From an uncultured Pseudomonadales bacterium (GTDB lineage Bacteria; Patescibacteriota; Microgenomatia; UBA1400; Chazhemtobacteraceae), in NCBI GenBank assembly GCA_964618725.1, contig CAZUBK010000001.1:132908-196907 (forward strand): a DNA stretch of 64,000 nucleotides. The letters run 5' to 3'. This document shows, one piece after another, positions 26,101 to 36,759 of this stretch. A model generated the notes under the pieces. The model made no database searches and was not told the DNA's origin. It saw nothing but the letters and a program-made list of their open reading frames with translations. How positions within the stretch are numbered: position 1 is the stretch's first letter; each line of letters starts with the position of its first letter. The translations under genes and the position numbers were made by a program.

Positions 26101-27203
26101 GACTTTAATTTGTATACTTCCAGTGTTTCTTTGGCCATTTTTTTCCAAGAATAGAGTTTGACTTGTTTGAGACCTTCTACGATTAGCGTGTCTCTGAGTT
26201 TCCTGTCGGTAGTTATTTGCTCAAGTTTTAGAACAAGATCATCTGCATCGTAGGGATCAAAGTACAGAGCCGCGTCTTGGTAGACTTCGGGAAGGCATGA
26301 AGCGTTGGAGGAGATAACAGGAAGTCCAACCATCATGGCCTCTAAGCCCGTTAGGCCAAAGCCTTCAATGAGGGAGGGTTGGACTAAAGCAATAGCTTGT
26401 GAATATAGATCGGACATGTCTTCGTCGGGGACAAAACCAAGCGGCTTGATAAACTCGCTCTCTTTAATGCGTTGGTGAAAAACACTTCTCCCACAAATGA
26501 GAGCAAGGGTGAGTTTGTGATCATGGGTTTTGTTGAAGGAATGAACGGCTTGTACAAGGAGGTCGACGTTTTTGTGAGGATAGAGATTGCCTGTATAGAT
26601 AATAAATGGCTTGTTGAGACTAAATTGCGTTAATAGTTTCTTGGCGTCACTTTGGTCTGCTTTGGAGAAATGCCAGTCAACGCCTTCATAGGTGACGTGA
26701 ATCTTCTTGGGATTGAGGTGATAGCGACTAATGAGTTCATTCTTCCAGTATTGAGTGGGGACGATGATCTGCTTGGCTTTGTGAACATCAAGGTAGATGG
26801 TAAGACGGTAGAAGAAATGTTTAAGCCAGTACTGCCAAGATGGGAGGGTAGTGGTGAGCTGACCGGTGGAAAGGTGTTTGATCAGGTCGTGGATGGTGAC
26901 AACTAATTTGCCTGGGTACAAAAGCGGGGCATTGAAGTGGGGAACGTGCAAAAGATCAAGTCGGTGCCAGGAAAAGATAACAGTGCCTATGAGCTGTTCG
27001 GCCAAGGTATAGGGACGAGGAGTGAACTTGACCAAGGTGACATTGTTGTATTTAAGATAGTCTGAGAGATCTGCCGGGTTACCGAAGAGAACATACTTGT
27101 TTTGATGGTCGAGTTCGAGGAGGTGATCGATGAGATTCTTGACATATCGGCCAATACCAGTGTGTCTGGGGCCGAAAAGCCGGGCATCTATACCTATTTT
27201 CAT
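26097..27203 (-). CDS. GT4 glycosyltransferase
   Basis: MKIGIDAR..TGIGRY, VTIHDL, PHKN, PSLIEGFGL..LEAM. Confidence 0.92.
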   Translation of the reverse strand: MKIGIDARLFGPRHTGIGRYVKNLIDHLLELDHQNKYVLFGNPADLSDYLKYNNVTLVKFTPRPYTLAEQLIGTVIFSWHRLDLLHVPHFNAPLLYPGKLVVTIHDLIKHLSTGQLTTTLPSWQYWLKHFFYRLTIYLDVHKAKQIIVPTQYWKNELISRYHLNPKKIHVTYEGVDWHFSKADQSDAKKLLTQFSLNKPFIIYTGNLYPHKNVDLLVQAVHSFNKTHDHKLTLALICGRSVFHQRIKESEFIKPLGFVPDEDMSDLYSQAIALVQPSLIEGFGLTGLEAMMVGLPVISSNASCLPEVYQDAALYFDPYDADDLVLKLEQITTDRKLRDTLIVEGLKQVKLYSWKKMAKETLEVYKLKS

Positions 27204-27207
27204 ATAC

Positions 27208-28119
27208 TTATGTTAATTTATGTTTGAGAATACGGATCTGGCCACGAAGTTTGATGCCGGTGAGAACAAGGGAAGTCAACCATTTGGGGTACTTGTCTTT
27301 GTAATATTTCTTGTAGAAAATCTCCATGGCTTTGACGGAAGACTTGGCGACCTTAATTCGATTGGCCTTGGGATTCTTGGCGATGAGGGCGGATTCTTTC
27401 CTTAGGCCGGAAGAAGCGCCCTTATAATGGATGACTTCTACTTTAGGATAATAGACAATGTCATAATCGGCCTGATGGATACGATAGGAGAGATCGATGT
27501 CCTCACCATAAAAGAAGTAGGTCTCGTCCCAACCCTTGAGGCGGTGAAAGAGCTTGGCAGACATCATTAGGTATGATCCGGCCGGGAGTTCGATTCTGTG
27601 GATCTTACTGAAGTCTTTGTAGGACTGGAAATAGTTGTTGAGGAGCCGACTTTTGGGAAAGAGTTTGTTTAAGCCACTGAAATGGGTCAGAGCAGTCCAG
27701 GGAGTGGGAAAGCCGCGGTGGTTGTCGGGATCGATTTGACCATTAGCCAGAATCAGTTTGACGGTGAGAGCACCTACTTTGGGATGGGTTTTGAGATACT
27801 TGAGGGGCTTAACCAGGGACTTAGCCGAGACTTTGGTGTCTGAATTGAGAAAAAGCAAATATTTGCCGGTGGAAACTTTGGCACCCTGATTATTAGCGGT
27901 TGAGAAACCTTTGTTTACTTTGTTCCTGATCAAGTTGACACTAGGGAAATCTCTCTCGACCATGTCTACGCTGCCATCTGAGGACGCGTTGTCAACGACA
28001 ATGACTTCAAGACCGTTTTTGGGCTTAAGGGCCTTCTTAATGGACTTGAGGCAGTCGAAAAGAAGTTCTACAGTATTGTAGTTGATAATGATGACGGAGA
28101 GATCGATTTGAGTATTCAT
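27208..28119 (-). CDS. GT2 glycosyltransferase (WbbL-like)
   Basis: SVIIINYN, VVDNASSDGS, GFSTANN, LNSDT, DETYFFYGEDID. Confidence 0.92.
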   Translation of the reverse strand: MNTQIDLSVIIINYNTVELLFDCLKSIKKALKPKNGLEVIVVDNASSDGSVDMVERDFPSVNLIRNKVNKGFSTANNQGAKVSTGKYLLFLNSDTKVSAKSLVKPLKYLKTHPKVGALTVKLILANGQIDPDNHRGFPTPWTALTHFSGLNKLFPKSRLLNNYFQSYKDFSKIHRIELPAGSYLMMSAKLFHRLKGWDETYFFYGEDIDLSYRIHQADYDIVYYPKVEVIHYKGASSGLRKESALIAKNPKANRIKVAKSSVKAMEIFYKKYYKDKYPKWLTSLVLTGIKLRGQIRILKHKLT

Positions 28120-29321
28120 GGACGTTTGAGTGAGAGATAGATATTGCTTAGACGTTTGGTTATTTGCTGATAATCATAATTTTGCTTGACGAAGTCTTCA
28201 GCAGATCTGGCTAGCTTTTCGGCTTTGGCGGGATTTTTGACTAAGTCGATTATAGCCTGAGCCACTTCTTCCTTTTGGTTAGCAATAATGGCATGGGCCA
28301 TAGGAGTAATGCCAAGACCGCTCATGCCGACACTACTACTGACGATCGGGAGACGGCTGGCCATGGCGGCAAGATTTTTTAGTCGAGTGCCTCCCGGCCC
28401 CTTAAGCGGTGTGACAAAGATGTCGGATTGAACATAGGCATCTTTAATACTCTTCAGGTCATCTTCGGAAACCGGCTTAATTGTGACGGTCTCACCGGCT
28501 AGTTTTCTTAAGCTGTCGGGAGGGTGTTGACCGACAATGAGAACTCTAGCTTTGGGAATCTTTTTTTGAACGAGAGGGAGAATGTCACGAATGAGAATGT
28601 GGGCGGCTTCAGTATTCTGGAGCCAGTTAAAGTTGCTGACAAAAAGGAGAGTCGGATGATCAGTTTTCCAGGAATTCTTTCTTTGATTGAAAAGGTCAAA
28701 ATTGACACCGTTGGGGACGATGTCAACCTTAAGACGAGGCTCAAGCTTTAACATTTCCTGCTTATCAGCTTCGGAGACAGCGATGACTCGGTCGGCTTGA
28801 CGCCAGTAGAAGCGTTCCCAGTATTTGAGTTTAAGAACATCAATATTGAAGAGGGGGCGAAGAACTAATGGGGCAGTATGCTCGACATAGTGTTGGTAAA
28901 CTTTGTATTCGATGGTCTGGTCAACCAGGACGACGGGGATGTTAGTTTTAGGGATATGGGGCATGGCATAGAAGGTCTCCGCGTGAATGAGATCATATTC
29001 GTTTTCGAGAAGTTCCTTTTCAATGGCCTTTTTGGCTTGCTGAGAGAAGTTTCTGACCACCAAAAAAGGGAGGGTTGAGAAGCCGGTTCTTAAGATGTTT
29101 TGCAGGGTAAATGGTTTACGGGTACGCTGAAAAACGAGGACCTTTTTGCAAAACTCCTTTTCAAGAATAGGAATATATTTTTTTTCGGAAGGATCTTTGA
29201 TTAGAGAAAAGAGGGTAATATCATGATCTTTGCGTAAGTGTTTTAGGAGATTCTGGGTACGGATTTGGCCTCCTGATGAATCAGGGTAGGGAAGATAGGG
29301 GGTGAGCATCAAGATCTTCAT
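28116..29321 (-). CDS. GT4 glycosyltransferase
   Basis: TPYLPYP..SGGQIR, VSEAD, VPNGV, GGTRLKNLAAMA. Confidence 0.88.
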   Translation of the reverse strand: MKILMLTPYLPYPDSSGGQIRTQNLLKHLRKDHDITLFSLIKDPSEKKYIPILEKEFCKKVLVFQRTRKPFTLQNILRTGFSTLPFLVVRNFSQQAKKAIEKELLENEYDLIHAETFYAMPHIPKTNIPVVLVDQTIEYKVYQHYVEHTAPLVLRPLFNIDVLKLKYWERFYWRQADRVIAVSEADKQEMLKLEPRLKVDIVPNGVNFDLFNQRKNSWKTDHPTLLFVSNFNWLQNTEAAHILIRDILPLVQKKIPKARVLIVGQHPPDSLRKLAGETVTIKPVSEDDLKSIKDAYVQSDIFVTPLKGPGGTRLKNLAAMASRLPIVSSSVGMSGLGITPMAHAIIANQKEEVAQAIIDLVKNPAKAEKLARSAEDFVKQNYDYQQITKRLSNIYLSLKRP

Positions 29322-30739
29322 GGCTTGTGTAACTCGAGAATGACATAGAGAGGATTTTTCTCAAGCACGGTAACAAATGGTTTGGTCATTAGCTCAGCAG
29401 TGAATTTGTCATAGGTAACCGAAACATAGTGAGTAGCGCCCTGTTTTATTTCGTCTTCGACGCTAGTGAGAACTAGGGGCCAGCCTTGACGTTTGGTTTG
29501 GTAGAGAAAAGCAGTGTCTGAGTTGTAGGGAGCAATGACTTTGGCGTCTTTGGGGAGGAGTTTATCTGCGGCCTCTCCGGCGATGACAATAGAGTTGTTG
29601 TTGATTTGATAGTAACCGCGGATCTCATACCAAGAGAGGAACAACATCATGGAAACAGAAAAAATGCAGAGAATGGGAGTAAGTGGCCAGATGCGATTGT
29701 CACTTGGAGTGAACATCGCGACAATTCCCTTGGCGAGGAGGGCGATGATGAAGGGGACAAACATGGCTTGATAGTAGTCGTGACGAACATTGCCACCAGC
29801 GAGTACAGCCAAGTAGGCAATGATGCCAAGAAACCAGAGATGATAGAAATAGTTTTCCTTTTTGGTCGGCTTGGTGAACAGACCAAAGGCGAGAATGATT
29901 ACGCCCCAGGTGCCTAAAATTAGCTCTCCTATCCTGACGCCAAAGAGCCAACGAAACCAAGCCGGACGGAAGCGAATTCCATTAACATTAAATAACCAGG
30001 ATGTGGCGGGAATACCCTCGGGGAATTGACTGATCCAGAGTCTCCAAGCAATGAAAGGGGTAAGGGCGATGATTAGATAAAGATAGAAGTATTTGTTTTT
30101 GTATAGCCTACCCCACTTGAGATTGGCTAGATGAAAGAGAGGAAGAACAAAGAAGAGGACGTAGGGTTTGATTAGCAAGGCCAAGGCCATCAGAATAGAA
30201 GAAAGGAAAAAGTTTGCGAGTTTTGGCTTTTGAAGTAGATTGAGAAAGAAGTAAATGCTACCAAGAAAGTAGGCCAACATGAGTGGCTCGGGGAGAATGA
30301 CGCGGGAGTAGTAAATATTGAAGGGCAGAATGGCCATGAGAAGGGCGCCGATATAGGCGACAGTGCGTCCGGAAAGGCGGTCAAGAATGAGATAAAAGAA
30401 AGTAAGTGTAACAAGAGAAAGGAGTGCTGAAAGAACCCGACCCCATTTATCAATTGACCAAAAGGTGAAGGTCTTAGTCAGAATGGCATGAAGGGCATTG
30501 TAGATGGGAAATTCAACCATTCGGTAGCCTTGAGGATTCTCTTTACCCGAAGGTATAGCCGAAATATCATGATATCGGGGGGAAAGTAAATTTATGCCAT
30601 CCTTAACGTAAAAATAAGAGACGGAGGCGGTGTCTGCCTGACGCCAGGAATGCCAGTCGGCGACGGCATTGTCGATCTTGTACCAACGAACAAAGAGAGC
30701 AAGAAGTAGGATGGGAAGGAGAAAGAGATGGCGTTTCAT
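29318..30739 (-). CDS. GT-C (ArnT/PMT-like) integral membrane glycosyltransferase
   Basis: About 11 TM segments; first loop DWHSWRQADT, EFPIY, YYSRVILPE, HDYY. Confidence 0.8.
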   Translation of the reverse strand: MKRHLFLLPILLLALFVRWYKIDNAVADWHSWRQADTASVSYFYVKDGINLLSPRYHDISAIPSGKENPQGYRMVEFPIYNALHAILTKTFTFWSIDKWGRVLSALLSLVTLTFFYLILDRLSGRTVAYIGALLMAILPFNIYYSRVILPEPLMLAYFLGSIYFFLNLLQKPKLANFFLSSILMALALLIKPYVLFFVLPLFHLANLKWGRLYKNKYFYLYLIIALTPFIAWRLWISQFPEGIPATSWLFNVNGIRFRPAWFRWLFGVRIGELILGTWGVIILAFGLFTKPTKKENYFYHLWFLGIIAYLAVLAGGNVRHDYYQAMFVPFIIALLAKGIVAMFTPSDNRIWPLTPILCIFSVSMMLFLSWYEIRGYYQINNNSIVIAGEAADKLLPKDAKVIAPYNSDTAFLYQTKRQGWPLVLTSVEDEIKQGATHYVSVTYDKFTAELMTKPFVTVLEKNPLYVILELHKP

Positions 30740-32136
30740 GATTTTATTGATTTAGTAACAATTCCTAGACTAAGCCCAGTATACATCCAGAAGAGAATAG
30801 CAGGTTTACTAGCCTCAAAGACGTCAATAAAGGTGGCGATGATAAGGAAGCCAAGAGTAAGTCCTAGAGTACCGATAAGATACTGTTTTAGAAGAGGAGG
30901 AAGTTTCTTTTTTAAACCACGAATTAATGAGGCAAATAGGTTAATTAGAATTAAGATCCAGGCAAGTAGGCCAAAGAGCCCAGTTTCGCCCAGGGCGCGG
31001 AGATAATCATTATCAGTGGCAAGCGAAAGTGAAGCATAGCCGGTACCTAGGAAGGGATTCTTGTAAAAGGAACGCAGGGCCCGTGGCCATTCTACGTCGA
31101 GTCGAATTGAGGTGGACCGATCGAGTTGAATGGGGCGAAGAGGAAGTTGCTCGTTAGTGTCAGGAGCCGCTTGCTCAGCGGCATAAACAGAGGAAATGAT
31201 CCCGCTTCGAGTATCAAAGATACCTTTGACCTTTTCCTGAATAGTTCTAAATTGAATGACCTCAACAAGACTGCCAAAACGGCCAACCAGGGAAGGAGTA
31301 TTGACAGCGCCAAGGAAAGAAATAAAGAGAACTAGAGGAATATACTTGGCTTTTTGGGAAAGAAGTAGAACTAGTGGCACTGTCAAGCTAGTGGCAAAGA
31401 AGGCGATACGAGAACCGGTCTGGAGTTGGAGCCAGAAGAGGCCAAGGAGAGAAAGAACATGTAGTGGGGTGAGGTAACGATGGCGGTAGCTAAACAGAAA
31501 GGCGGTACCAAGGCAGAGAGTCATGGTGAGATAGACTGCTAGGTCATAATGGCCGGCAAAAGTGGAGGATAGGTTGACGCCAGGTTGAAGGGTCAGAATG
31601 AAGCCTTTACTAAATTCTTCGTTTTGAGTTGAGATAACTGGAGCCTTAAAATACAACTGAGCAATACCATAGAAAAGGACGCCGAGGGAAATGGGGATAA
31701 GAAGCTTGCAGAAGAAGAGGAGATGTTTTTTGTTTTGGGCGAGATAAAGACCGGCAAAGAAAGGGAGAAGGTACTCAACGCGCCTGGCGAGATGAAGAAG
31801 ACCTAGATGTAGCGGAGTGGTCTTGGTTAGAAAGATGCCACTTAGAGTTGAAACAAGACTAACAAGAAAGAAAAGTAGAATTGTACGAGTAATTAGCTTA
31901 CTGAGGAAAAAATAACGAATTGATGGGCGAAGGAGACCAGTAAACAAGATTGCTCCGAGAAAGGCGATTATCAGGTCCTCGCTTCTGATGGCGACATAGG
32001 TACCAGGAACGTTCGCCAAGGGAAATTTGGGATAGAGAGGGATAAAAAAAAGAAGGGTAGTAAAAGTATATTTGAGAAGCGAGTCAAGTGAGGGAGAGTG
32101 ATAGGGCTTGTAAATAGGTTTGGCGTTTTTCTTCAT
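30736..32136 (-). CDS. O-antigen ligase/Wzy_C-like membrane protein
   Basis: SSTFAGHYDLA, TGSR, NPFLGTGY, DNDYLRALGETG, DVFEASK. Confidence 0.8.
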   Translation of the reverse strand: MKKNAKPIYKPYHSPSLDSLLKYTFTTLLFFIPLYPKFPLANVPGTYVAIRSEDLIIAFLGAILFTGLLRPSIRYFFLSKLITRTILLFFLVSLVSTLSGIFLTKTTPLHLGLLHLARRVEYLLPFFAGLYLAQNKKHLLFFCKLLIPISLGVLFYGIAQLYFKAPVISTQNEEFSKGFILTLQPGVNLSSTFAGHYDLAVYLTMTLCLGTAFLFSYRHRYLTPLHVLSLLGLFWLQLQTGSRIAFFATSLTVPLVLLLSQKAKYIPLVLFISFLGAVNTPSLVGRFGSLVEVIQFRTIQEKVKGIFDTRSGIISSVYAAEQAAPDTNEQLPLRPIQLDRSTSIRLDVEWPRALRSFYKNPFLGTGYASLSLATDNDYLRALGETGLFGLLAWILILINLFASLIRGLKKKLPPLLKQYLIGTLGLTLGFLIIATFIDVFEASKPAILFWMYTGLSLGIVTKSIKS

Positions 32137-32995
32137 GTCCTAATATTATCCCAAAGATAAGGTAGCGGAGCAATGAGCCCAAAAAGAAAAGAAGACTGAT
32201 CAAAGGCAGTTGCCATTTTGGCCTATGTTTGTAGAAAAAGTATTTGATTCCTCTGATCTCAGAAAGCAAAGCTAATTGACTACCCCCCGACTTACCACCA
32301 AGATGAATAATGGCAGCTTCCGGGAAGAAAAAGATACTGTGTTTACGGGCAATTCGATAACACAATTCGAGTTCTTCGGCATACATAAAAATCTTTTCGT
32401 CAAAACCGGCGACCTGGTTATAGACTTTACTGGGAATGAGGGTGAAAGCTCCGGTAACCCAATCAATCTTTTTGGGGTTGCGAGCATAGAAGTTTAGGTG
32501 AGGATGAACTGGTCTGACAATTGAACTAATTATTGATCCCAACAAGGGTAGATCATCAAAAAAGAATTGCCAAGTAAACAGATTTAAGAGGGTGGGGAAG
32601 AAGCCTCCAGAAGGCTGAATCGTTTTATCTTTGTTTAGCAGCTGACAAGAAATGGCACCCAAGCCTTCCTGATGCTGAGCGAAGGTGAGGGTTCTAATAA
32701 TAGAATCGTCAAAAATGAGGGTATCTGAGTTGAGGAGAAGAAGATGATTGGCTTTAGCGATTTTGACTCCTTGATTATTGGCGCCACCAAAGCCCTTGTT
32801 TTCTTTATTGATCAGCAATCTCACCTCAGGGAAGTATTTTTTTACCATCTCTGGCGAACCGTCAGTAGAGTTGTTGTCGACGACGATTACCTCTAGGTTA
32901 ATCGGAGTGTACTGGTAAAGCGAAGCCAAACAGGCTTTAAGAATACTCTTGGTATTATAGGAAACGACAATGACGGAGAGATCGGGCTTAATCAT
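32084..32995 (-). CDS. GT2 glycosyltransferase
   Basis: VVDNNSTDGS, GFGGANN, LNSDT, DWVTGA, GFDEKIFMYAEE. Confidence 0.92.
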   Translation of the reverse strand: MIKPDLSVIVVSYNTKSILKACLASLYQYTPINLEVIVVDNNSTDGSPEMVKKYFPEVRLLINKENKGFGGANNQGVKIAKANHLLLLNSDTLIFDDSIIRTLTFAQHQEGLGAISCQLLNKDKTIQPSGGFFPTLLNLFTWQFFFDDLPLLGSIISSIVRPVHPHLNFYARNPKKIDWVTGAFTLIPSKVYNQVAGFDEKIFMYAEELELCYRIARKHSIFFFPEAAIIHLGGKSGGSQLALLSEIRGIKYFFYKHRPKWQLPLISLLFFLGSLLRYLIFGIILGHEEKRQTYLQALSLSLT

Positions 32996-33570
32996 GAGCG
33001 AAAGGATTTTGCGAAATCGATAGCACTTAGTCTGATTTGTTTAATCAAGAGCCAGGCAAGTGGAAACAAAGAAGTCCAGATGAAGAGGCGGGCGAGAGGG
33101 GAAGAAAAATAGGGACGGAAAGTAACCTTGGACTGATATTCGCGGCCCTCTCTAATCATCGCCCAACGGTCATATTGACGTTCAAAAAGTTGAAAGGTAA
33201 TAGGGGAAAGACGCGGGTTCCAGCCATTGACGAAGAGACTTTCGCGAAACGGGAGAACTACCTCTTCAAGATAATATGTAAGGAGCTGTTCCCGAACAAA
33301 CTGAGTACTCTCTTCGGGGCGATAGTTAAGGCGATATGAAGGGAGGGTGAACCCGAGGAACTGGAGTGAAAACTGATCTTGAGCTTGAGTGAGAACTTCG
33401 GCTCGGGAGTAATCTGTGTAATATGCGGGTTGATTGGGGTTCTGGATGGTGTCACCAGGCTCGTCTGACTTAAATGAGTTGGGAACTACGGGAGTGGAAG
33501 GAGAAGGAAGGAGGAGATATATAAGGCCAAGAAAGTAAATGGGGAGGCACAAAATGAGAAACTTTTTCAT
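32992..33570 (-). CDS. hypothetical membrane protein (N- and C-terminal TM helices)
   Basis: Start moved to ATG 33570 (MKKFLILCLP), 7 nt after TGcTAAACT; SDEPGDT, LNYRPE. Confidence 0.75.
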   Translation of the reverse strand: MKKFLILCLPIYFLGLIYLLLPSPSTPVVPNSFKSDEPGDTIQNPNQPAYYTDYSRAEVLTQAQDQFSLQFLGFTLPSYRLNYRPEESTQFVREQLLTYYLEEVVLPFRESLFVNGWNPRLSPITFQLFERQYDRWAMIREGREYQSKVTFRPYFSSPLARLFIWTSLFPLAWLLIKQIRLSAIDFAKSFRS

Positions 33571-33593
33571 TGATAAAAGTTTAGCATGAAAAT

Positions 33594-33615
33594 GCGCAAC
33601 CTTTGGAGGTTGCGC
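33594..33615 (-). terminator. hairpin downstream of the 74-aa ORF
   Basis: Perfect 9-bp stem GCGCAACCT/AGGTTGCGC, followed by ATTTT on the minus strand. Confidence 0.65.
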
Positions 33616-33622
33616 CTTTGAA

Positions 33623-33847
33623 TTAGTTGCTGAGAATGACAACAAAGATCAGACTTTCATCGTCGAGCGTTACATAGGTGACGGTGTACATTTCCTCTGC
33701 CAGCTTGGGATGTTGTTTTCCGGCATCAGGGGAAAAACGATCGGGATAAAAGTAGAATTTGTCATCTTTCTTTATCGCGGTAGCGATTCCGAGACCATTG
33801 AAGTCATAATTGCCAGCGATTCCCCCGGGTAAAATAAGATAAATCAC
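33623..33847 (-). CDS. hypothetical 74-aa protein
   Basis: GTG start with AGGAGG Shine-Dalgarno; hairpin downstream. Confidence 0.65.
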   Translation of the reverse strand: MIYLILPGGIAGNYDFNGLGIATAIKKDDKFYFYPDRFSPDAGKQHPKLAEEMYTVTYVTLDDESLIFVVILSN

Positions 33848-33902
33848 TTTTTTCCTCCTACAATGCTATCAAGTGCAAAATGTTTCTATAGAATAGCACG
33901 AT

Positions 33903-34538
33903 TTACTGGAAAAGTCTAGGGTGGCCGAGGCGGTAGTGAAAGTCGGTGATTTTCCGCTTACCAATTTCCTTGGCTGGAACTCCGCCAACGATAGTTTTCT
34001 CAGGAACGTCTTTGATGACAACGGCTCCACCGGCGATCACAGCACCTTTACCGATTTTGACACCGGGCATGATGATAACGCGAGGACCAATAAAAACGTA
34101 GTCCTCGATCTCGACGGCTTCCTCTATCGGATGCATATCTTCGCTGTGGACATCGTGTTCGGAGTTGTAGATCATTACTTCGGAAGCAATATCGACATGA
34201 GAACCAATCCTTAGTGGTGCGCGCCCGTCGAGGAAGGCTCGAAAGCCAACTAGGGTATCTTGGCCGATGATGATATTGGCGGGTTGGTAGAAACGAGCAC
34301 CGGTATGAATGGTGGAACCCTTACCAATCTTGACGCCGCAAAGGCGAAAAAAGTTGTTACGAAGGAAATGGATGGGTAGCCAGGCGAAACTGCCCATAAT
34401 GGCAATCTTGAGGTCGAGATGGTAGCTATAGAAGCGGTTGATGATCTTGGTTGCGGCTGAACCAAGAGGAAGTGGCCTATCATATTTGTCGACGATGTGA
34501 ATGCCTTGGGACGAGACTTTTAGGTTGGAAAGTTTCAT
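33903..34538 (-). CDS. hexapeptide-repeat (LbH) O-acyltransferase
   Basis: [40 protein letters not shown]. Confidence 0.9.
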   Translation of the reverse strand: MKLSNLKVSSQGIHIVDKYDRPLPLGSAATKIINRFYSYHLDLKIAIMGSFAWLPIHFLRNNFFRLCGVKIGKGSTIHTGARFYQPANIIIGQDTLVGFRAFLDGRAPLRIGSHVDIASEVMIYNSEHDVHSEDMHPIEEAVEIEDYVFIGPRVIIMPGVKIGKGAVIAGGAVVIKDVPEKTIVGGVPAKEIGKRKITDFHYRLGHPRLFQ

Positions 34539-35653
34539 TGGTTTATTGTAACAGCTGTTAGTATCTCCAGGGTTTTTTGGGCAGCTTCATCCCAAGAAAA
34601 ACGCTTGACATTTTCTTTATTCATTGCAACAAGATTTTCTCGTTTCTTTCTGGACAATGAAAGAGCTTCTCTTAGTGACTCAGCAATCTGCTTGACTGAT
34701 TTAGGGTCTTTGATGTAGATATTTCCCTCGCCAGCGATTTCAGGAAGACTGCTAACTGTGGAGGTGATGGTAATGGCGCCACAAGCCTGAGCCTCAATGA
34801 CGGGGATACCAAAACCTTCATAGAGGGAGGGGAGAATATAGGCAACGGAGGCTTTGTACAAGGCAGGGAGATCTTCGTCTGGAACGAAACCAGTAAAGAT
34901 GACTTTGTTTTCCACACCAAGTCCCTGTGAGATTTTCAGTATTTTTTCATACAACCATCCTTTTTTGCCAATGATGACCAGTTTGGTGCCGCCGCCCAAC
35001 TTAGCAAAGGCCTTGATCAGACGGAGAATGTTTTTGCGTGGCTGAAGAGTACCTAAAAAAACGAAGTATTTTCCTTTAATGCTGTATTTCTCGCGGACTT
35101 GTTGTTGTTTAGTGAGAGGAACCCGGGGTTGGTAGAGCTCTTGATTGTAACCTGGATAGATAACTTCAATTTTTTCTGGTGGAAGGCCGTAGTGCTCGAT
35201 AATATCGAATTTACTGGTTTGTGAGATGGTGATGATTTTCTTGGCCAATTTACTACTGACTTTGGTCCAGCGACGAAGTTGTTCAAGGTCATACTTACGG
35301 AAATACTCTAAGCCAAATTTTTCGTAGGAGAGGTCCATGATAGAAAAAACGCGGGGAACAGGACTAAGAAGGGGAATGTAATGGCTTGGAGAAAAGAGAA
35401 TGTCAGGGCGGGGCTTCCTCAGAAGTCGCAAAGTAAGACCGGTAACGACCCAAGCCTTGGAAGGTCCAAAGACCTCGTAAGTAAGTGATGAAGAAGAGGG
35501 AGGCATATCGGGGAGAGGGCGCTCTTTTAGGAAGACGACAAAACGGTGTTCGGTTTTAAGCTGTGAGAGGTGCCGGAGCAATTCAAAAGCAACTTGGTTG
35601 ACTCCAACACGTTGGGGAACATTGGCTTCATTTCCGTCAATCCCTATGAGCAT
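34535..35653 (-). CDS. GT4 glycosyltransferase
   Basis: [27 protein letters not shown]. Confidence 0.92.
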   Translation of the reverse strand: MLIGIDGNEANVPQRVGVNQVAFELLRHLSQLKTEHRFVVFLKERPLPDMPPSSSSLTYEVFGPSKAWVVTGLTLRLLRKPRPDILFSPSHYIPLLSPVPRVFSIMDLSYEKFGLEYFRKYDLEQLRRWTKVSSKLAKKIITISQTSKFDIIEHYGLPPEKIEVIYPGYNQELYQPRVPLTKQQQVREKYSIKGKYFVFLGTLQPRKNILRLIKAFAKLGGGTKLVIIGKKGWLYEKILKISQGLGVENKVIFTGFVPDEDLPALYKASVAYILPSLYEGFGIPVIEAQACGAITITSTVSSLPEIAGEGNIYIKDPKSVKQIAESLREALSLSRKKRENLVAMNKENVKRFSWDEAAQKTLEILTAVTINQ

Positions 35654-35658
35654 ATAAG

Positions 35659-36750
35659 TTACTGATTTTTAATGGCCGCTTTGTAAACGTTGTAAGTCTC
35701 CTTGGCGGCTTTTTCCCAGCTAAAGTTTTTGAGCTGGTTGTTCCCAAGCTGAATAAGTGTATCAGGATTGTTCAAGGCCTTTTTGATCCCCTCAATGATG
35801 GATTCAACAGAGGTAGGATCGACAAGGATGGCGGCATTTCCGGCCACTTCGGGGAGAGAACTAACATTTGAGGTGACGACGGGAGTAGAGCAAACAAAGG
35901 CGTCGAGAATAGGGAGGCCAAAGCCTTCATAGAGTGAAGGATAAAGAACTAGTTCTGCTTCAGAATAGAGATAGGGCAGATCGACGTCGGGAATAAATCC
36001 AGTGTAAGTTACGTTACTTAAGTTTCTACTCAAAAGGATTTCTTCAGAGCTGGGGCGACCAATGATAGTCAGATGATAATCAGAGAATTGCGTAAATGCC
36101 TGCAAGATTCGTTTGATATTTTTGCGGGGGTGGCCGGAACCAGGGACGAGAAAGAAAGGCTTCTCGATACCAAGGCGTCTAAGGAGTGACTCTGTAATAG
36201 TGGGGGATTGAGAAGCTGGAGGAGAAAGAGTTGGTCCTTCATAAACTACTTCAACTCGATCTGGAGCAATGTCAAAGTAATCCAGCAGATCAGTCTTAGT
36301 GGCATGAGAGATGGCTATTATTTTGACATCTTCCTTTACTGCCCAGTAGAGACGTTTTTTGTGAACTTGTCGGATGGAGGCGGACATAAACTCAGGATTC
36401 TTAAGAAAGCTAAGATCATGGACAGTGGTGACTTTGGGATATTTAGACGGAGGCTCAGACCAGTCCGAAGTGTGAACCAAGTCAACCGGACCGATTAGTT
36501 TTTCTATTGGAAGAATATGTAAGGTATTCCACAGGTGATTGGAAAGGGTGGGAGGGAAAGGAAAGGTCTTGACTATGGTTTTAGGAAGCCGTTTGGCAAA
36601 GTTATTGATTTCTTGACGTCTTCGAAGTGAGCCACCAAAAAGAGTCAGGCGAATATCTTTGAGATCAACTAGGTGATTGATTAATTCTTTGGTGTAACGG
36701 GATACTCCTGTACCAAAGATAACCTGAGAGATGTCAATAGCTACGTGCAT
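35659..36750 (-). CDS. GT4 glycosyltransferase
   Basis: [25 protein letters not shown]. Confidence 0.92.
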   Translation of the reverse strand: MHVAIDISQVIFGTGVSRYTKELINHLVDLKDIRLTLFGGSLRRRQEINNFAKRLPKTIVKTFPFPPTLSNHLWNTLHILPIEKLIGPVDLVHTSDWSEPPSKYPKVTTVHDLSFLKNPEFMSASIRQVHKKRLYWAVKEDVKIIAISHATKTDLLDYFDIAPDRVEVVYEGPTLSPPASQSPTITESLLRRLGIEKPFFLVPGSGHPRKNIKRILQAFTQFSDYHLTIIGRPSSEEILLSRNLSNVTYTGFIPDVDLPYLYSEAELVLYPSLYEGFGLPILDAFVCSTPVVTSNVSSLPEVAGNAAILVDPTSVESIIEGIKKALNNPDTLIQLGNNQLKNFSWEKAAKETYNVYKAAIKNQ

Positions 36751-36759
36751 TCTTTTGAT

